64,000 bases of DNA, taken from Eledone cirrhosa. Its lineage: Eukaryota. Shown here piece after piece: positions 59,810 through 64,000 of the stretch (its first letter is position 1; each line of letters starts with the position of its first letter). Position numbers and translations under genes: made by a program. The notes under the pieces are model-generated. The model saw nothing but the letters and a program-made list of their open reading frames with translations, was not told where the DNA came from and ran no database searches. The stretch covers positions 120,590,001-120,654,000 of the forward strand of contig OZ024741.1 of assembly GCA_964016885.1 (NCBI GenBank), given 5' to 3'.

Positions 59810-62800
59810 CAAACAAACAAATTAACAACACACCAAAACAATTAAAACCATCCACTCTCGCCTCTACATTTTTGCTTAACGCCCAAGGCATCAGCCCTTC
59901 CACCAATACTCAAAAATGGAAGATCAAATTCCTGGAGGACTGGATTGATGTCCATCCAAACCACATCCCTTTCTTCGTCCTCACTGAAACCCATCTCAGT
60001 AACCTCCACTTGGAAGCCGAGGTGAAAGTGAAAAATTTCAAAGCCATCCGTGCTGATCGCGCTGGCAGAAGAAAGGGCGGAACTGCCATTTATGTCCATA
60101 ATTCTTTCTCAACAGAGGCTATGAACATATTCACTAATGGATACTGTGAGGCAGTCACTGTATTCAGTCAAACCAACAACCTATTAGTAGTTGGGCTCTA
60201 TAGGCCACCCCAAACGCCTGTACCATGCTTCAAGGAATGCCTCAACAGCATAAAGTGTTTCATCCAAGAGTGTCACCCTGACAACATCTTAATGATGGGG
60301 GACTTCAACCTCCCCGGAGTTGACTGGTCCACAAACACCCTGCCACCAGGTTCTTCTGCCTCAACCTCTGACAGGGAAGCTGTGGAATCGCTTCTTGACT
60401 TCATGGATGATTTCTTCCTATCCCAACTAGTGCTCGAACCAACGAGGTGCCACAAAAACGTCCTAGACTTAATTTTCAGCAATCACACTGACAATATCCA
60501 CAATATTGCAGTGGAGAAAACTCTACTCTCTGATCATGACATGGTTCTCTGTGATCTGAGATTCCACCGTCCAATATACAAACCCAATGTCATTTCTCCT
60601 GTCCATCCGTTTGACGCTATGGATTTCCACAATGCAAACTGGGAAGCGATCAGTCATGATCTTGCACATGTCGACTGGTCCTTCACGCACACTCATACAC
60701 CCACTAACATCAAAAAGTCCTGGCAGACATTTGTGGACACTGTTACAAACATATGTGCTAAACACACCCCATTAAGAACTATAAACAAATCTAAGAGCAG
60801 AATCCCTAGAAATAGAAAAACGCTCATCAGAAAAATTAAGAGAACGAACAAAAAAATCAACAATCTGAAATACTGTCAGCAGCAACACATCAACTTGACT
60901 GCCATTTCATCACTAGAGATTAAAAAACATAACCTCCAAAACAACATAATGTCCCTCATCAACAATCAGAGAAGAGCTGAAGAGGCCTGGGCCATTGAGA
61001 AGATCAAACTCAATCCCAAAGTGTTCTTTTCATTTGCAAAAAAACACAAAATCACTGGCTCTACTGTTGGCCCTCTAATTGATGAAAATGGCACTCTTCA
61101 AGACAATGCTAAAACCATGGGTGAGATACTGCAGAAACAATACTGCTCTGTTTTCAGCAATCCTGATATGGCCGATCTGGGCTGTATCGGCGATGTTACT
61201 CCCCATTACACCTTATCGGACATAACGTTTGGCGCCCCTGATGTCTTGGCGGCAATAAAGGAAATCAAGCATAATTCAGCAGTAGGTCCCGATAGGTTCC
61301 CTGCTTGTGTCTTGAAGGCGTGTCAACACCAACTTGCTTCTCCTCTTGCCAATCTGTGGCGGAACTCACTGGATGCTGGATATGTGCCAGAAAACCTTCT
61401 ATCCCAGTCTGTTGTCCCAGTTTTCAAAAAGGGAAACAAATCCCTTGCCGTGAATTACCGTCCAATCTCACTCACCTCTCATATCATTAAGGTATTTGAG
61501 CGAGTGGTGAGATCGCGAATGACCCACTTCCTTGAGAGTAACAATATGCTGAACTCCAACCAGCATGGATTCCGTAATGGAAGGGATTGCCTGACGCAAC
61601 TACTGCATCACTTTGATGACATTTTGAGAGCCTTGGGAGAGGGTTCCAACACTGATGTTATCTACCTTGATTTCAGCAAGGCCTTTGACAGGGTTGATCA
61701 TAACATTCTACTGAGAAAGCTGTCCAATATTGGTGTCACTGGAAAGCTGCTGCAGTGGATCAAGAGCTTCCTGTCAAACAGAACCCAACATGTTGTAGTT
61801 GAGGGAGTCAAATCAAGCCCAGCCAAAGTCAGTAGTGGAGTCCCACAAGGCACTGTGTTGGGCCCACTTCTCTTCATCATCTATATTAATGACATCACTG
61901 ACATCATCAAACACAGCAACATTAAAATTTTCGCTGATGATTCCAAGCTCCAAAAGGTCATCAATGGCGTGGATGACCGGATAAGCCTTCAGTCAGACCT
62001 ACTGGCTGTTACCCAATGGGCAGAAAAGAACAACATGTTACTGAACGAAGACAAATTCGAACTGATCCACTTTGGAAAAGAGGATGCTCTGAAACTCCCG
62101 TACTCCCTTCCCTCCGGGGAAACTCTCGTGGCATCTAACAACATCAGAGACTTGGGAGTAACCGTGGACAGCAACATAAGCTGGACCACGCATATAAGCA
62201 GCAAAGTTGACATGGCCCGCAGAATGTGTTCCTGGATCCTCAGAACCTTCCAGTCGAGAGATTCCCGCACCATTATCCTTCTCTTCTCTACTTTCGCCCG
62301 ACCACACCTTGAATACTGTTGTCCACTGTGGTCTCCCCACACGAAACAAAGTATCATGATACTTGAAGCTCCTCAAAGGGCAATCACGAAAAAGATAGAT
62401 GGCATGTCAGACCTTGATTACTGGGGTCGATTGGAAAACCTGAAACTTTACTCACTCCAACGTCGCCGTGAGCGTTATATTATCTGCATGATGTGGAAAA
62501 TGTTCCATCATCACTGCCCAAATGATGTTGGCATCGCCTTCAAGATACACCCAAGGCTTGGGCCCCGTGCTATCCGTCCCATTCAAAAATCTAAATCGCA
62601 ACTCATAACAACAATACGGCACAATTATTTCACCTCAATCGGCCCTGCTCTCTTCAACATCACACCAGGACACGTCAAAACAGAAACTGACCACACAAAA
62701 TTCAAGAAGTCTTTGGACAAATTCCTCCAAGTAATCCCGGACAAACCACCCACACCCGGATATGTCTCCGCAAACAGTAATTCTCTTCTCGAATGGGCCA

Positions 62801-62817
62801 TGGTGCCCAAATCCTGA
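59797..62817 (+). CDS. LINE ORF2: APE-like endonuclease plus reverse transcriptase
   Basis: Endonuclease motifs LLNAQG, LTETHL, YRPP, GDFN, LDLIF, SDH. RT motifs [45 protein letters not shown]. Frame is open from 59680; the track start is TTG and the first ATG is at 60121. Confidence 0.95.
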   Translation: MLPLTNKQINNTPKQLKPSTLASTFLLNAQGISPSTNTQKWKIKFLEDWIDVHPNHIPFFVLTETHLSNLHLEAEVKVKNFKAIRADRAGRRKGGTAIYVHNSFSTEAMNIFTNGYCEAVTVFSQTNNLLVVGLYRPPQTPVPCFKECLNSIKCFIQECHPDNILMMGDFNLPGVDWSTNTLPPGSSASTSDREAVESLLDFMDDFFLSQLVLEPTRCHKNVLDLIFSNHTDNIHNIAVEKTLLSDHDMVLCDLRFHRPIYKPNVISPVHPFDAMDFHNANWEAISHDLAHVDWSFTHTHTPTNIKKSWQTFVDTVTNICAKHTPLRTINKSKSRIPRNRKTLIRKIKRTNKKINNLKYCQQQHINLTAISSLEIKKHNLQNNIMSLINNQRRAEEAWAIEKIKLNPKVFFSFAKKHKITGSTVGPLIDENGTLQDNAKTMGEILQKQYCSVFSNPDMADLGCIGDVTPHYTLSDITFGAPDVLAAIKEIKHNSAVGPDRFPACVLKACQHQLASPLANLWRNSLDAGYVPENLLSQSVVPVFKKGNKSLAVNYRPISLTSHIIKVFERVVRSRMTHFLESNNMLNSNQHGFRNGRDCLTQLLHHFDDILRALGEGSNTDVIYLDFSKAFDRVDHNILLRKLSNIGVTGKLLQWIKSFLSNRTQHVVVEGVKSSPAKVSSGVPQGTVLGPLLFIIYINDITDIIKHSNIKIFADDSKLQKVINGVDDRISLQSDLLAVTQWAEKNNMLLNEDKFELIHFGKEDALKLPYSLPSGETLVASNNIRDLGVTVDSNISWTTHISSKVDMARRMCSWILRTFQSRDSRTIILLFSTFARPHLEYCCPLWSPHTKQSIMILEAPQRAITKKIDGMSDLDYWGRLENLKLYSLQRRRERYIICMMWKMFHHHCPNDVGIAFKIHPRLGPRAIRPIQKSKSQLITTIRHNYFTSIGPALFNITPGHVKTETDHTKFKKSLDKFLQVIPDKPPTPGYVSANSNSLLEWAMVPKS

Positions 62818-62904
62818 ATTGAAAGACTTCGCCAGGTGGTGCTATTAAGTTAGACATGGCCTGGGCCAATACTGGCCAAAACATTTCAAAGTTATTCAAA
62901 GTTA

Positions 62905-64000
<1,096 letters not shown>

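Larger units (their letters stand above)
57967..62904 (+). mobile_element. Apparently full-length, intact CR1/L2-group LINE inserted in a TA microsatellite
   Basis: 5' UTR of about 680 bp with tandem repeats, intact ORF1 and ORF2, short 3' UTR ending (TTCAAAGTTA)2 with no poly(A). TA tracts on both sides. Confidence 0.9.

Noticed and set aside
59842-62899. Antisense and alternate-frame ORFs over the LINE and RTE ORFs
   Set aside because: Shadow ORFs of real coding frames with no independent motifs.

Overview
AT-rich, repeat-dense animal genomic DNA, not prokaryotic. The repeat inventory and huge (TA)n/(TATG)n tracts suggest a coleoid cephalopod such as Octopus (inference). The only host coding sequence recognised is the 81-nt first coding exon of importin-5 (42854-42934, +), which the ORF track misses. 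Everything downstream appears to be its intron. The rest is mobile DNA: about 12 truncated RTE-clade LINE copies with a PHD finger inserted inside the reverse transcriptase, a Vingi-like LINE with a nested RTE, a CRE-like endonuclease fragment, five Helitron derivatives, piggyBac-type MITEs, SINEs, and many long fold-back palindromes, several with minimal hammerhead-ribozyme cores of the Penelope-like type. One CR1/L2-group LINE (57967-62904) looks full length and intact. Its ORF1 has a Myb/SANT-like head, polyQ and two CCCH fingers. Its ORF2 has no AUG before the endonuclease, and the -1 overlap holds two correctly phased slippery heptamers. All calls were made by eye; boundaries of degraded repeats are approximate.
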